Origin: Clostridia bacterium
Lineage (GTDB): Bacteria > Bacillota > Clostridia > TANB77 > CAG-465
Length of the DNA stretch: 64,000 nucleotides
Reading direction: 5' to 3'
Assembly: GCA_045637095.1 (NCBI GenBank)
Contig: JAZTYX010000054.1
Coordinates: forward strand, 1,373 to 65,372
The notes beneath the pieces are model-generated. The model was not told the origin of the DNA. It made no database searches and worked only from the letters and a program-made list of their open reading frames with translations. The position numbers and the translations under genes are program-made. Of this stretch, positions 28,285 to 38,373 are shown piece by piece. How positions within the stretch are numbered: the stretch's first letter is position 1; every line of letters starts with the position of its first letter.

Positions 28285-28959
28285 GTGAAAATTCTGGGAA
28301 CTGAGAAGCAGAAATACGCTAACTGCTTGTTTTCAGTAAACGTCGTTGATAGTTTAGACTCATCTTATACTACTCTTGTGAAAAAGAGTTTCTTTGGAAG
28401 CGCGGATTATAAAAAGCGGACTTTCACCAATGGCACGTTAGAAAAAGTTTTTGTTGAAAATGCAAATGCATACTGTAAAGTGAAATTTAAGGTTATCGAG
28501 GGCGATTATCTTGTAATCATGGATGAACACGATAACATTACTATATATATAACTGAACAATATGTAGGCCTGGTACAGGTCAAAAACAAAACTGTGCAAA
28601 CGGTGATTGACGAATATTATGCCACTATGCGTGGTAGAATCGATTCCAAGAGAGAATTTGCAAGAGAGATGGGCTCCATTTCAAGAAGAATCAATATTCC
28701 TTTCCATATCGTTATGGCATTCAAGGGAAATGAAGAACTTCTGATGCAGCTTGTAAGAAACATTGAGGATGCAATTTCTAAACGTCGTTACGAAGACAAA
28801 AGTTTCATGGCAGCACTTTGCGGCAACAATTTCGCATCGCGCATGAAAGCAATCGAGACAATGGGGATTACCAATATTCCTGAATATCAATCGGAGAAGA
28901 TCGCAAAGTATCTTCACGAGTGTCTCGAAAAAAGAAAGATTGTTCGTAGATTCGAATAG
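28285..28959 (+). CDS. Hypothetical protein (atypical codon usage)
   Basis: AGGAGG RBS and GTG start; own TTGACT-N17-TAAACT promoter. Confidence 0.75.
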   Translation: MKILGTEKQKYANCLFSVNVVDSLDSSYTTLVKKSFFGSADYKKRTFTNGTLEKVFVENANAYCKVKFKVIEGDYLVIMDEHDNITIYITEQYVGLVQVKNKTVQTVIDEYYATMRGRIDSKREFAREMGSISRRINIPFHIVMAFKGNEELLMQLVRNIEDAISKRRYEDKSFMAALCGNNFASRMKAIETMGITNIPEYQSEKIAKYLHECLEKRKIVRRFE

Positions 28960-29016
28960 TCAGTATACTTATAAAAAACACCTTTTTAATACATAATATT
29001 AAAGAGGTGTTTTTTT

Positions 29017-29889
29017 ATGAAAAATAATACAATAAAAAATAAATATGTAACAGATATGGCAGATGAAAGAGTAGATGAATATAAAAAGACATATAACTTA
29101 AGTTATATAGATGGAATAAAGGTTGAATCGAGTGCAAGTAAAACACACAATATAACTACTGTAGAAGTAATTAATGAAAACGGCAAACAAGCAGTGGGAA
29201 AAGATATAGGGAAATATATTACATTAGAAATTAAGGATGTATTAACGTTAGAAGATAAAGAACTAGAAGATATAGTAAAAACTTTAGGTGAAGCGTTAGT
29301 TGGCTTGATAGAAAGTAATATAAACAAAGTTATGGTTGTGGGACTTGGAAATGAGATGGTGACAGCAGATTCTCTAGGTCCTAAGGTAATTAAGAATATA
29401 AATGTAACTAGACATGTAATAAAATATATGAAGGAAATAGTTGATCCTGGAACTAGAGAAATAACAGCTTTAACACCGGGGGTTTTAGGTACAACAGGAA
29501 TAGAGACAGAAGAGATAATTGAAGGTGTAGTAGAAAAGATACAACCAGATCTAATAATAGTAATAGATAGTTTGGCTTCTCAAAGTATAGCTAGAATAGG
29601 GACAACAATACAAATGGGAAATACAGGTATAACACCTGGCGCAGGAGTTGGTAACAGAAGAAAAGTGCTAAATCAAAATACATTAAAAGTACCGGTAATA
29701 GCGATAGGTGTACCCACTGTAGTTAATGCAGAAATATTATTAAAAGAAATGTTAGATAAATTAAATATATCTAGCGTTAGGAAGAACAAGAAATTATGTA
29801 ATAACATGGTAGTAACGCCAAAAGAAATAGATAGTTTAATAACAAAAATGACTAGAATAATATCCGATTCAATAAATGCGGCAATATAA
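29017..29889 (+). CDS. gpr: Germination protease GPR
   Basis: TDMADE autoprocessing site, VVGLGN..TADSLGP, PGVLGTTGIET, AIGVPTVV. Confidence 0.95.
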   Translation: MKNNTIKNKYVTDMADERVDEYKKTYNLSYIDGIKVESSASKTHNITTVEVINENGKQAVGKDIGKYITLEIKDVLTLEDKELEDIVKTLGEALVGLIESNINKVMVVGLGNEMVTADSLGPKVIKNINVTRHVIKYMKEIVDPGTREITALTPGVLGTTGIETEEIIEGVVEKIQPDLIIVIDSLASQSIARIGTTIQMGNTGITPGAGVGNRRKVLNQNTLKVPVIAIGVPTVVNAEILLKEMLDKLNISSVRKNKKLCNNMVVTPKEIDSLITKMTRIISDSINAAI

Positions 29890-29967
29890 AATATATTAAA
29901 TAAAAGAAAAACGAGATAATTGATGCTAATTATCTCGTTTTATGATATTATTCATATGAGGTTGAAT

Positions 29968-30603
29968 ATGAAATTTACATCAAAAGAGATAAAAAACGAA
30001 AATAGAAGTAAAAAACATACAGATAAATTATTAATAATATTAGGCTCAATGGTAGTTGCATTTGGATTATTTAATATACATTCAAGATGTGGAATTGCAG
30101 AAGGCGGACAACTTGGAGTAGAGCTACTATTCTTTAATCTTATAGGAATAAGCCCGGGGATTGTATCTATAATAATAGATGCCACAGCATATGTAGTAGG
30201 AAGCCTTTTATTTGGTAAGAAGTTTTTCTTTAACGCAATATTAGGAGCAATATCTTATTCTGGTTTTTATTTATTGTTCGAGAATACACCAATATTCTTT
30301 CCAAATCTATCTAACAATTTATTGTTAGCATCAATTATCGGTGGAATAATGGTTGGTATAGGATGTGGAATAGTAGTAAAAAATAATGGTGCTTGTGGTG
30401 GAGATGATGCGGTAGCATTAATAATATCTAAATTATCTAAACTACCAATAGCAATAAGTTATCTACTATTAGATTTAATAGTAATATTAATGTCATTATC
30501 ATATATAGATGCAAGTAATATTATCTATTCATTCATAACTGCAACTATTTCATCTATACTTATTGGCTATATAGCTAAAACAAAAGAAGATAAAGAAAAA
30601 TAA
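29968..30603 (+). CDS. YitT/DUF161 family membrane protein
   Basis: AEGGQLG, GIGCG...GACGGDD; multiple TM helices. Confidence 0.85.
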   Translation: MKFTSKEIKNENRSKKHTDKLLIILGSMVVAFGLFNIHSRCGIAEGGQLGVELLFFNLIGISPGIVSIIIDATAYVVGSLLFGKKFFFNAILGAISYSGFYLLFENTPIFFPNLSNNLLLASIIGGIMVGIGCGIVVKNNGACGGDDAVALIISKLSKLPIAISYLLLDLIVILMSLSYIDASNIIYSFITATISSILIGYIAKTKEDKEK

Positions 30604-30657
30604 TAGTTGTAACATATTAATGTTTATGGTATAACCATTAACGTAAGAGAGGGTAAA

Positions 30658-31320
30658 ATGAAAGTTAAAGTAAATGATGTAGTCTTAAATTATGACGTAG
30701 TAGGTACAGGTTATCCAATTATACTACTTCATGGTAATGGTGAGAGCTATACAATATTTAATAAATTAATAGAAAAACTACAAGAAGATTATACTGTGTA
30801 TGCAGTAGATAGTCGTTCGCATGGCGAAAGCGAAGAAACGGAGGAAGTCTCCTACGAATTGATGGCAGAAGATATAATCCAGTTTATAAAAGAACTAAAC
30901 ATAGAAAGTCCTATGCTTTATGGTTTTAGCGATGGTGGAATAGTAGGACTATTAATAGCAATAAAAGAGCCGGAACTTTTATCTAAATTAATAGTAAGTG
31001 GTGTAAATATAAATCCTAAAGGGTTAAAAAATGGAACATATTTAGGGTGTAAAATTGCATCTATGTTTACTGGGAATAAGCTAATAAAAATGATGGTAAA
31101 TGAACCAAATATATCTTTGGAGAACCTAAATAATATAAAGGTACCAACTGTACTTGTTGTAGGAGATAGAGATTGTATAAAATTATCTCATACTAAATTA
31201 ATACATAGGAATATACCAAACAGCAAATTAGAAATAGTAAAAAGAGCAGGACATTCTAATTATATAATTGGAAAAGATAGAATATATTACATATTAAAGA
31301 AATACATTGAAAACATATAG
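30658..31320 (+). CDS. Alpha/beta hydrolase
   Basis: LLHGNG, DSRSHGES, GFSDGG nucleophile elbow, AGH. Confidence 0.9.
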   Translation: MKVKVNDVVLNYDVVGTGYPIILLHGNGESYTIFNKLIEKLQEDYTVYAVDSRSHGESEETEEVSYELMAEDIIQFIKELNIESPMLYGFSDGGIVGLLIAIKEPELLSKLIVSGVNINPKGLKNGTYLGCKIASMFTGNKLIKMMVNEPNISLENLNNIKVPTVLVVGDRDCIKLSHTKLIHRNIPNSKLEIVKRAGHSNYIIGKDRIYYILKKYIENI

Positions 31321-31358
31321 GAAAAAGTGTATAATTGCACTGAAAGAAGGGGTATTAA

Positions 31359-32627
31359 ATGAAGAAAAAAATAGTAGCAATTTTATTTGTATTCGTTTTA
31401 ATGTTAACAACATTTAGCAGTACATATGGAGTAGAATTATTAAATTTAGGGATATATGAAACAGCATATAAATTAAGTAAAGATAATGATATAAATTTAC
31501 CGTTTATTAATGTTTTTGAAAAAAGTGCCACTTATGATAAAACAGTAAAACATTCTGGAATAACATTTGGTGAAACTACAATTGATGTGGAAGATAAATT
31601 AGAAGGTGTGCACGGAATCTTTACTGGAGATATGGTTACAATAAAAGGTGAAGTAGAACACGCTTTAATTGTAGCAAATAATGTAGTGATAGAAGGAAAA
31701 GTATCTGACGACACAGTAATAATAGCTGAGAAAGTACAAGTGATGGAAAATGCTATTGTTGAAAGAGATATCGTTATAGTATCTACGGATTTGGATGTAT
31801 TAGGAACAGTTAAAGGTAACTTAATAGCAGCTTCATTAGATGCAAAAATATCAGGAACAGTAGAACAAGATCTAAGAATATTAACATCTACTTTGGATTT
31901 AGAAAATAGTACAATAAAAGGAAGATTAGAAGCTGAAGTAGGTTTTGAAGATGTAAAACAAGAGATAATATCAATGTATCCAGAAGCTATAGTTACTAAG
32001 AGTGTAGAAAAAGAAGATAAGGTAAATGCAACAAGAATAGTAATAAAAGGTATAAAAACAGTATTAGTATATACATTTGTAGCAATGTTAATAACTAAAA
32101 AAGATAAATCTGTAGCTACAAAGATGTCAGCAAGATTTATGGAAAATTCAACATTTGGAGTGTTATCTTCAGCCGGACTATTAATAATAGCACCATTTGT
32201 TCTTATTATATTAATACTTGCAGGTGTATTTGGTTTAGGAATAATTGCATGGCCTGTGTTAGTGGTTTTTGTATCAACAATATTATTAACATTAGCGCTA
32301 AGTCAATTAATAGTAGGACTATTTATTTATGAAGTATTTAAGAAAAAAGCAAGTAAATATAGAATGTTAGTGTTAGCTATAATATATACTGCGCTATTTG
32401 CATTAACACAAATACCAGTAATATATTCATATGCAATAGTAGCAATTTCTTTAGTAGCTTTAGGATTGGTATTAACATACATATTTAAGAAGAACGAAAC
32501 ATCAGAGTTTATTGATGCGAGTGAAGATAAAGTAGTAAAGATAGAAGAAACATTAACAGAACAACCAAAAGAAGAGACTAAAAATGAGTCGAATGATAAA
32601 GCTAAAGGTAAAAATAAAAAGAAATAG
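31359..32627 (+). CDS. Membrane protein with bactofilin-like beta-helical repeats
   Basis: Signal peptide, repeated VxIxGxV motifs, C-terminal TM bundle. Confidence 0.65.
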   Translation: MKKKIVAILFVFVLMLTTFSSTYGVELLNLGIYETAYKLSKDNDINLPFINVFEKSATYDKTVKHSGITFGETTIDVEDKLEGVHGIFTGDMVTIKGEVEHALIVANNVVIEGKVSDDTVIIAEKVQVMENAIVERDIVIVSTDLDVLGTVKGNLIAASLDAKISGTVEQDLRILTSTLDLENSTIKGRLEAEVGFEDVKQEIISMYPEAIVTKSVEKEDKVNATRIVIKGIKTVLVYTFVAMLITKKDKSVATKMSARFMENSTFGVLSSAGLLIIAPFVLIILILAGVFGLGIIAWPVLVVFVSTILLTLALSQLIVGLFIYEVFKKKASKYRMLVLAIIYTALFALTQIPVIYSYAIVAISLVALGLVLTYIFKKNETSEFIDASEDKVVKIEETLTEQPKEETKNESNDKAKGKNKKK

Positions 32628-32736
32628 TTGAATAGTAATTATTAAAGAGGACATATGTCCTCTTTTTTGTAACACGAAACGTAAATTAACATACAATATA
32701 CTAGATGTGAAAACATCTAGAAAGGCAGACTTAAAT

Positions 32737-33153
32737 ATGAATAGATGCTGTAGAAACCAAGGAATGTATGGAAACCAAGGATGTCAATCAACAGGCTCAC
32801 AATATTGTAATTATGATACAACAATAGTAAGCTATATCGAAGGTCCAGTTGGACCACAAGGCCCAATGGGAAGACCAGGATTAACAGGACCACAAGGCCC
32901 TCAAGGACCAGCAGGACCAGTTGGACCACAAGGACCACAAGGAATACCTGGACCAACTGGTGCGACTGGCGCTACAGGTGCAACTGGAGCCACAGGCCCA
33001 GCGGGTGCGGATGGATTAACGCCGGTACTAACAATAGGTACTGTAACAACAGGTGCGCCAGGTACTCCTGCAGAAGCTAGTATAACAGGAACAGCTCCTA
33101 ACTTTGTGCTTAATTTAACAATTCCACAAGGTGAACCAGGAACACCAGCTTAA
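32737..33153 (+). CDS. Collagen-like (BclA-type spore surface) protein
   Basis: About 19 Gly-X-Y triplets (GPQ, GAT), Cys-rich N-terminus; CATACAAT sigmaE/K-like -10 at 32690. Confidence 0.8.
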   Translation: MNRCCRNQGMYGNQGCQSTGSQYCNYDTTIVSYIEGPVGPQGPMGRPGLTGPQGPQGPAGPVGPQGPQGIPGPTGATGATGATGATGPAGADGLTPVLTIGTVTTGAPGTPAEASITGTAPNFVLNLTIPQGEPGTPA

Positions 33154-33200
33154 ACTTAGGAAAAATTAACATTTTTTAGTATAAAAAACACTGTAAACTA

Positions 33201-33282
33201 TTGCAAAATACTGGAAAGTGTAGTAAAATATTAATTGTCAGTAAGAGAAATGCAAAATGAGAGGACGAAAGTCCTCTCATTT
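33201..33282 (+). promoter_or_regulatory. rimP operon promoter and leader hairpin
   Basis: TTGCAA-N17-TAAAAT; AAATGAGAGGAC-GAAA-GTCCTCTCATTT hairpin before RBS. Confidence 0.7.
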
Positions 33283-33304
33283 GTGTAATTAAAAGGAGGG
33301 TGCT

Positions 33305-33760
33305 ATGTCTAAATTAACAGACAGTATTCATACTGCCATAACTAAAGATGTAGAAGACTTAGGGTACACAGTAGAATACGTAGAAAACGTAAAAGAAGGC
33401 GAAAGCAAAATATTAAGAGTTGTTATTGACAAAGAGAATACATCTCTAACAACAGACGATTGTGAAATCGTAAGTAGAAAGATTGAGGAAAAGGTAGATT
33501 CTTTAATGAAAGATGAAATGTACATATTAGAAATATCTTCACCTGGTCTTGAAAGACAATTAAAGAATACTAAGTTATATATTAAATACCTTGGTTCTAA
33601 AGTGTTAGTAAAACTATATAATAAAGTTGAGAATTCTAAAGAACTTGAGGGAATACTTAAAGAAGCAACAGATGAGTACATTGTACTTACTGTAGAAGAG
33701 AAAGATATTAAAATTGAAAGAGAAAATATTACGTGTGCAAACACAGTATATGAATTTTAG
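33305..33760 (+). CDS. rimP: Ribosome maturation factor RimP
   Basis: DDCEIVSR, YILEISSPGLER. Confidence 0.95.
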   Translation: MSKLTDSIHTAITKDVEDLGYTVEYVENVKEGESKILRVVIDKENTSLTTDDCEIVSRKIEEKVDSLMKDEMYILEISSPGLERQLKNTKLYIKYLGSKVLVKLYNKVENSKELEGILKEATDEYIVLTVEEKDIKIERENITCANTVYEF

Positions 33761-33775
33761 GAGGAGATTAGAAAA

Positions 33776-34855
33776 ATGGCAAAGGTAAGCAAATCAAAAG
33801 CAAGTGCAGCAGAATTATTAGAAGCACTAGATGAGTTACAATCAGAAAAGGGAATAACAAAGGAGTACATGGTAGAATCTTTAAAACTAGCATTAGAAGC
33901 AGCATACAGAAAAAACTATGAGACTGAAGAAAATGTTAAAGTAGATATTGATGAGGATACTGGTATAGTTTCAGTATACGCATTAAAAACTATTGTTGAA
34001 GAAGTGGATAACCCAGATTTAGAAATAAGCTTAGAAGCAGCTAAGTTAATAAGCAAACGTTCTAAAGTTGGTGGAGAAATTAAACTAGAAGTTACTCCAA
34101 AGAACTTTGGTAGAATTGCAGCTAGTGCAGGTAAACAAATAATAATACAAAGATTAAGAGAAGCTGAACACGATTTAGTTTATACACAATACAGCGACAA
34201 ACAAGGTGAAATAGTTATAGGTGTTGTTCAAAGAACAGACAAGATGGGCATGATAGTTGACCTTGGTAGAGTAGAAGCTTTAATACCTTCTAAAGAATTA
34301 GTACCAACAGAAAGATTTGAAACACATCAAAGAATAAAAGCATACGTACAAAAAGTAGATGATTCTGCTAAATTTGGACCACAAGTAGTATTATCTAGAC
34401 GTGATCCTGGATTTGTTAAAAAATTATTTGAACTTGAAGTTCCAGAAATTGAAGAAGGAATAGTTGAAATAAAAGCAGTAGCAAGAGAAGCAGGCATGAG
34501 AAGTAAAATAGCTGTATGGTCAGATGATGAAAACATAGATCCAGTAGGAGCATGTATCGGTAAAAAAGGTATAAGAATAAATACAGTATCTGAAGAATTA
34601 AACGGAGAAAAAATTGACGTTATACCATATAGCGATGATGTGCCAAGCTTTATAGTTAATGCATTATCTCCAGCAGGAATAATGGCTATAGATATAAACG
34701 ATGAAGAACATATTGCAACAATAGTTGTTCCAGATGACCAATTATCTTTAGCAATTGGTGCAAAAGGACAAAACGTAAGACTTGCAGCAATACTTACAGG
34801 ATGGAAAATAGATATTAAGACAAAATCAGAAATAGAAAACAGAATAGTTGAATAA
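33776..34855 (+). CDS. nusA: Transcription termination factor NusA
   Basis: FGRIAA, AREAGMRSKIAV, SLAIGAKGQNVRLA. Confidence 0.97.
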   Translation: MAKVSKSKASAAELLEALDELQSEKGITKEYMVESLKLALEAAYRKNYETEENVKVDIDEDTGIVSVYALKTIVEEVDNPDLEISLEAAKLISKRSKVGGEIKLEVTPKNFGRIAASAGKQIIIQRLREAEHDLVYTQYSDKQGEIVIGVVQRTDKMGMIVDLGRVEALIPSKELVPTERFETHQRIKAYVQKVDDSAKFGPQVVLSRRDPGFVKKLFELEVPEIEEGIVEIKAVAREAGMRSKIAVWSDDENIDPVGACIGKKGIRINTVSEELNGEKIDVIPYSDDVPSFIVNALSPAGIMAIDINDEEHIATIVVPDDQLSLAIGAKGQNVRLAAILTGWKIDIKTKSEIENRIVE

Positions 34856-34871
34856 GCTATAAGGAGAGTTC

Positions 34872-35123
34872 ATGATAAAACAAAGAACTTGTGTAGCGTG
34901 TAGAACTAAAAATACAAAAGAAAATCTGTTAAGAATAGTAGCAGATGAAAATGGTAATGCGGTTTTAGATGAAACACAAAAAATGAATACAAGAGCAATA
35001 TACATTTGTAATAACAAGACTTGCATAAACAGATTGTTAAAAGCAAAAGATATTACAAAATGTGTAAAAATAAAAGTAAAACAAGAAAGTATACAAGAAT
35101 TATTAAGAAATTTGGGGGAATAA
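34872..35123 (+). CDS. ylxR: YlxR/RnpM (DUF448) RNA-binding protein
   Basis: QRTCVACR..KENLLRIV, RAIYIC; position after nusA. Confidence 0.9.
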   Translation: MIKQRTCVACRTKNTKENLLRIVADENGNAVLDETQKMNTRAIYICNNKTCINRLLKAKDITKCVKIKVKQESIQELLRNLGE

Positions 35124-35126
35124 GAT

Positions 35127-37976
35127 TTGGGAAAAATTAAAGTAAGCGAATTAGCTAAAAAAGTTAATATGGCAGAAGATGTAGTAATAAAGAAGTTAAA
35201 ATCATTTGGAGTTAATGTAGAAAATGGAGCAAGTATGGTAGAAGAATCATATGCAAGTAAGTTTGCGTCTACTACACCACACATAATACGTAGACAAGTA
35301 AAAGTTGTAACTACTGATGCGTCTGGTAATAAAGTAGAAAGAATAACAACTAATGCAGGTGGAACTATACAACAAAGCGTTGTTAGAGAAAAGAAACAAG
35401 AAAAACCTACATATAGCAAAGAAGGTTTAGGTGTTGTTAGAAGTAATAGAAATAGAAATAACAACAGAATGCAAAATATAGTTGTTACTCAAAATGGTAA
35501 AAAGGTAGAACCTAAAGTAGAACCAAAACCAGTAGTAGAAGAAACAAAAGCTCCAGTAGTAGAAAAAGTTGAAACTAAAGTGGTAGAAAAACCTGTGGAA
35601 AAACCAGAGGTTAAGTCTCCTGTAACTAAAGCTCCAGAAAATAGAACAGAATCTAAGAGATTCGATAATAACAAAGAAAATAAAGGCGGATTTAATAGAG
35701 ATAATAGAGAAGGCAGAGATAACAGAGATAACAAATTCCAAAACAGAGATAATAACAACAATAGATTTAATAAAGATAGAAAAGATGGTGTAAATAATAA
35801 TAGACCATTTAACAAAGGACCAAGAAACCAAGAAGGTAGAAATGGCGAAAGACCAAACAAACCAAATTTCCAAAATAGAGATAATAATAGAACAGGATCA
35901 AACACTGGCTATAGAGTAAATAAATTCATCAAAGAAACTATTGATGATACAATCCAAAAAGAAACTAGAGATTACTCTACAACATTAATAGACAAGAAAA
36001 AATATAATTCAGAAAAAGCAGAAAAACCAGAATCAACAACAAAGAGAGCAGCTAAAAATGCTAATGAAATTAGAGAAAAGAATACTAGAATGGAATTTAG
36101 CAAATTTAGAGGTATGTCAGTTTCTGAAGAAGGCTTAATGGATCTATATGATAGAGGAGAAAACAGAAAAGGTAAAGCAAAAGCTAAAAAACAAAAAGTA
36201 GAAATGAACACTACTAAGATAATACCTTTAACAGAAGTTGAACTTCCAGAATCTATGAGCGTTAAAGACTTCGCAGAAAAATTAAAGAAACAAGCATCAG
36301 AAATAATTAAGAAACTATTCTCAATGGGAATACTAGCAACAGTTAACCAAGAAATAGATTTCGATACAGCATTCTTAATAGCATCAGAATTTGGAATTAA
36401 TGCAACTAAACAAGTTGTAGTAACAGAAGAAGATGTGTTATTCGATGATTCTGAAGACAAAGAAGAAGATCTAGAAATCAGACCACCAGTTGTAACAATC
36501 ATGGGACACGTTGACCATGGTAAAACATCATTACTAGATAAAATACGTTCATCAAACGTAACAGCTGGAGAATCTGGTGGAATTACACAACATATTGGTG
36601 CATACAAAGTTAAGATTAACGGTCGTGAAATCGCATTCTTAGATACACCAGGACATGAAGCGTTCACAGAAATGAGAGCAAGAGGAGCTCAAATAACAGA
36701 TATAGTTGTAATAGTTGTAGCAGCAGATGATGGTATAAAACCACAAACAGTTGAAGCTATAAACCATGCTAAAGCAGCTGGAGTTTCAATAATAGTTGCA
36801 ATAAACAAAATAGATAAAGATACAGCAAATGCAGATAGAGTAAAACAAGAATTACTTGAAGTTGGTCTTGTTCCAGAAGAATGGGGTGGAGACACAATTT
36901 GTGTTCCAGTATCTGCAAGAACAGGTGATGGAATAGAGAATCTTCTTGAAATGATACTTCTAGTAGCAGATGTAAAAGAACTTAAAGCAAACCCTAACAA
37001 ACAAGCTAAGGGTACAGTTATAGAAGCTAAGCTAGACAAGACTAAAGGGCCTCTAGCAACAGTACTTGTACAAAGAGGTACATTAAATGTTGGAGACACA
37101 ATAGTTCTAGGAGATACAATTGGTAGAGTTCGTGTAATGACAAATGATAGAGGAGAAAAAGTTAAAAAAGCTGGACCTTCTACACCAGTTGAAATCTTAG
37201 GTTTAGGATCAGTTCCTGAAACTGGAGATACATTCTATGAAGTAAAAGATGAAAAGACAGCACATAAATTAATAGAAAAGAGAAAAGCACAACATAGATT
37301 AGACCTTATTAAGAAAGGCAGCGCAGTTACTCTTGATGATCTATTCAACAAGATTAAAGATGGCGAACTAATTAATCTAGATGTTGTACTTAGAGCAGAC
37401 GTTAAGGGTTCTGCAGAAGCAGTTAAAGAATCATTAGAAAAATTATCTAATGATGAAGTAAGAGTAAGAGTTATAGCATCAAATACTGGTGAAATAACAG
37501 AATCAGATATCACTCTTGCAAAAGTATCTAACGCAATTGTTATAGGATTTAACGTTAAAGCTAACGGTCAAGTTCAAGCAATGGCAGATAAAGAAAAAGT
37601 AGACTTAAGACTATACAAAGTTATCTACGATGCAATAGAAGATGTTGAGCTTGCAATGAAAGGTAAAGTTAAACCTAAATACAAACAAGTGGATATTGGT
37701 AAAGCAGAAATTAGACATATATTCAAACTTTCTACAGCTGGTATTATTGCAGGAAGCTACATACTAGAAGGTAAAGTGGTAAGAAATGCAATGGCTAGAC
37801 TTGTAAGAAAAGGTGAAGTAATCTTAGAAACTAAGATAGAATCAGTAAAACGTGAAAAAGACGATGTTAAAGAAGTAGCAGAAGGATATGAATGTGGTAT
37901 TAAAGTATCTGATTCAAATGAAATCAAAGAAGGCGACATTCTAGAATGCTATGAATTAGTTGAGGAGAAAAAATAA
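35127..37976 (+). CDS. infB: Translation initiation factor IF-2 (TTG start)
   Basis: GHVDHGKT, GGITQHIGA, DTPGHEAF, NKID. Confidence 0.98.
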   Translation: MGKIKVSELAKKVNMAEDVVIKKLKSFGVNVENGASMVEESYASKFASTTPHIIRRQVKVVTTDASGNKVERITTNAGGTIQQSVVREKKQEKPTYSKEGLGVVRSNRNRNNNRMQNIVVTQNGKKVEPKVEPKPVVEETKAPVVEKVETKVVEKPVEKPEVKSPVTKAPENRTESKRFDNNKENKGGFNRDNREGRDNRDNKFQNRDNNNNRFNKDRKDGVNNNRPFNKGPRNQEGRNGERPNKPNFQNRDNNRTGSNTGYRVNKFIKETIDDTIQKETRDYSTTLIDKKKYNSEKAEKPESTTKRAAKNANEIREKNTRMEFSKFRGMSVSEEGLMDLYDRGENRKGKAKAKKQKVEMNTTKIIPLTEVELPESMSVKDFAEKLKKQASEIIKKLFSMGILATVNQEIDFDTAFLIASEFGINATKQVVVTEEDVLFDDSEDKEEDLEIRPPVVTIMGHVDHGKTSLLDKIRSSNVTAGESGGITQHIGAYKVKINGREIAFLDTPGHEAFTEMRARGAQITDIVVIVVAADDGIKPQTVEAINHAKAAGVSIIVAINKIDKDTANADRVKQELLEVGLVPEEWGGDTICVPVSARTGDGIENLLEMILLVADVKELKANPNKQAKGTVIEAKLDKTKGPLATVLVQRGTLNVGDTIVLGDTIGRVRVMTNDRGEKVKKAGPSTPVEILGLGSVPETGDTFYEVKDEKTAHKLIEKRKAQHRLDLIKKGSAVTLDDLFNKIKDGELINLDVVLRADVKGSAEAVKESLEKLSNDEVRVRVIASNTGEITESDITLAKVSNAIVIGFNVKANGQVQAMADKEKVDLRLYKVIYDAIEDVELAMKGKVKPKYKQVDIGKAEIRHIFKLSTAGIIAGSYILEGKVVRNAMARLVRKGEVILETKIESVKREKDDVKEVAEGYECGIKVSDSNEIKEGDILECYELVEEKK

Positions 37977-38353
37977 TGAGAACAGAAAGAGTAGATGAAG
38001 ATATTAAGTATTACATAGATAGAATACTTAGAGAAAATATATCTAAATTTACAGATTCAGGCATAATAACTGTAACTTCAGTAAAGACAACTAAGGACTT
38101 AAGATATTCTAAAGTCTATGTGAGTATATTTGGAACAAAATATACTCACCAAGTCTTTGATAGACTAGTTAAAGGCGCTGGATTTGTAAGAAAGAATTTA
38201 GCATCTATGCTTAAAGCAAGAAATATTCCAGACATAGTATTTGAACTAGATGATTCTATGGAATATGGTTCAAAGATGGAAAGAATAATAAATGAAGTAA
38301 GTGCTAAAGATAGAGAAAATAGAGAAGCACATGCTGAACAGGTAGAAGAATAA
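37976..38353 (+). CDS. rbfA: Ribosome-binding factor A
   Basis: TVTSVKTTKDL..KVYVS, IPDIVFELDDS. Confidence 0.93.
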   Translation: MRTERVDEDIKYYIDRILRENISKFTDSGIITVTSVKTTKDLRYSKVYVSIFGTKYTHQVFDRLVKGAGFVRKNLASMLKARNIPDIVFELDDSMEYGSKMERIINEVSAKDRENREAHAEQVEE

Positions 38354-38373
38354 TATAATTTAAGGGGTATAAT

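Noticed and set aside
32845-33015. Short tandem repeats (GGACCACAA etc.) resembling an array
   Set aside because: Collagen Gly-X-Y coding repeats, not CRISPR
35123-35127. Missing L7Ae/ylxQ between ylxR and infB; no ribF after truB; no murD/murF/ftsA/ftsZ in dcw
   Set aside because: Such rearrangements are common in Clostridia and absence cannot be judged from one window
35640-35900. AGAGATAA(C/T) repeats in infB
   Set aside because: Ordinary low-complexity IF-2 N-terminal linker
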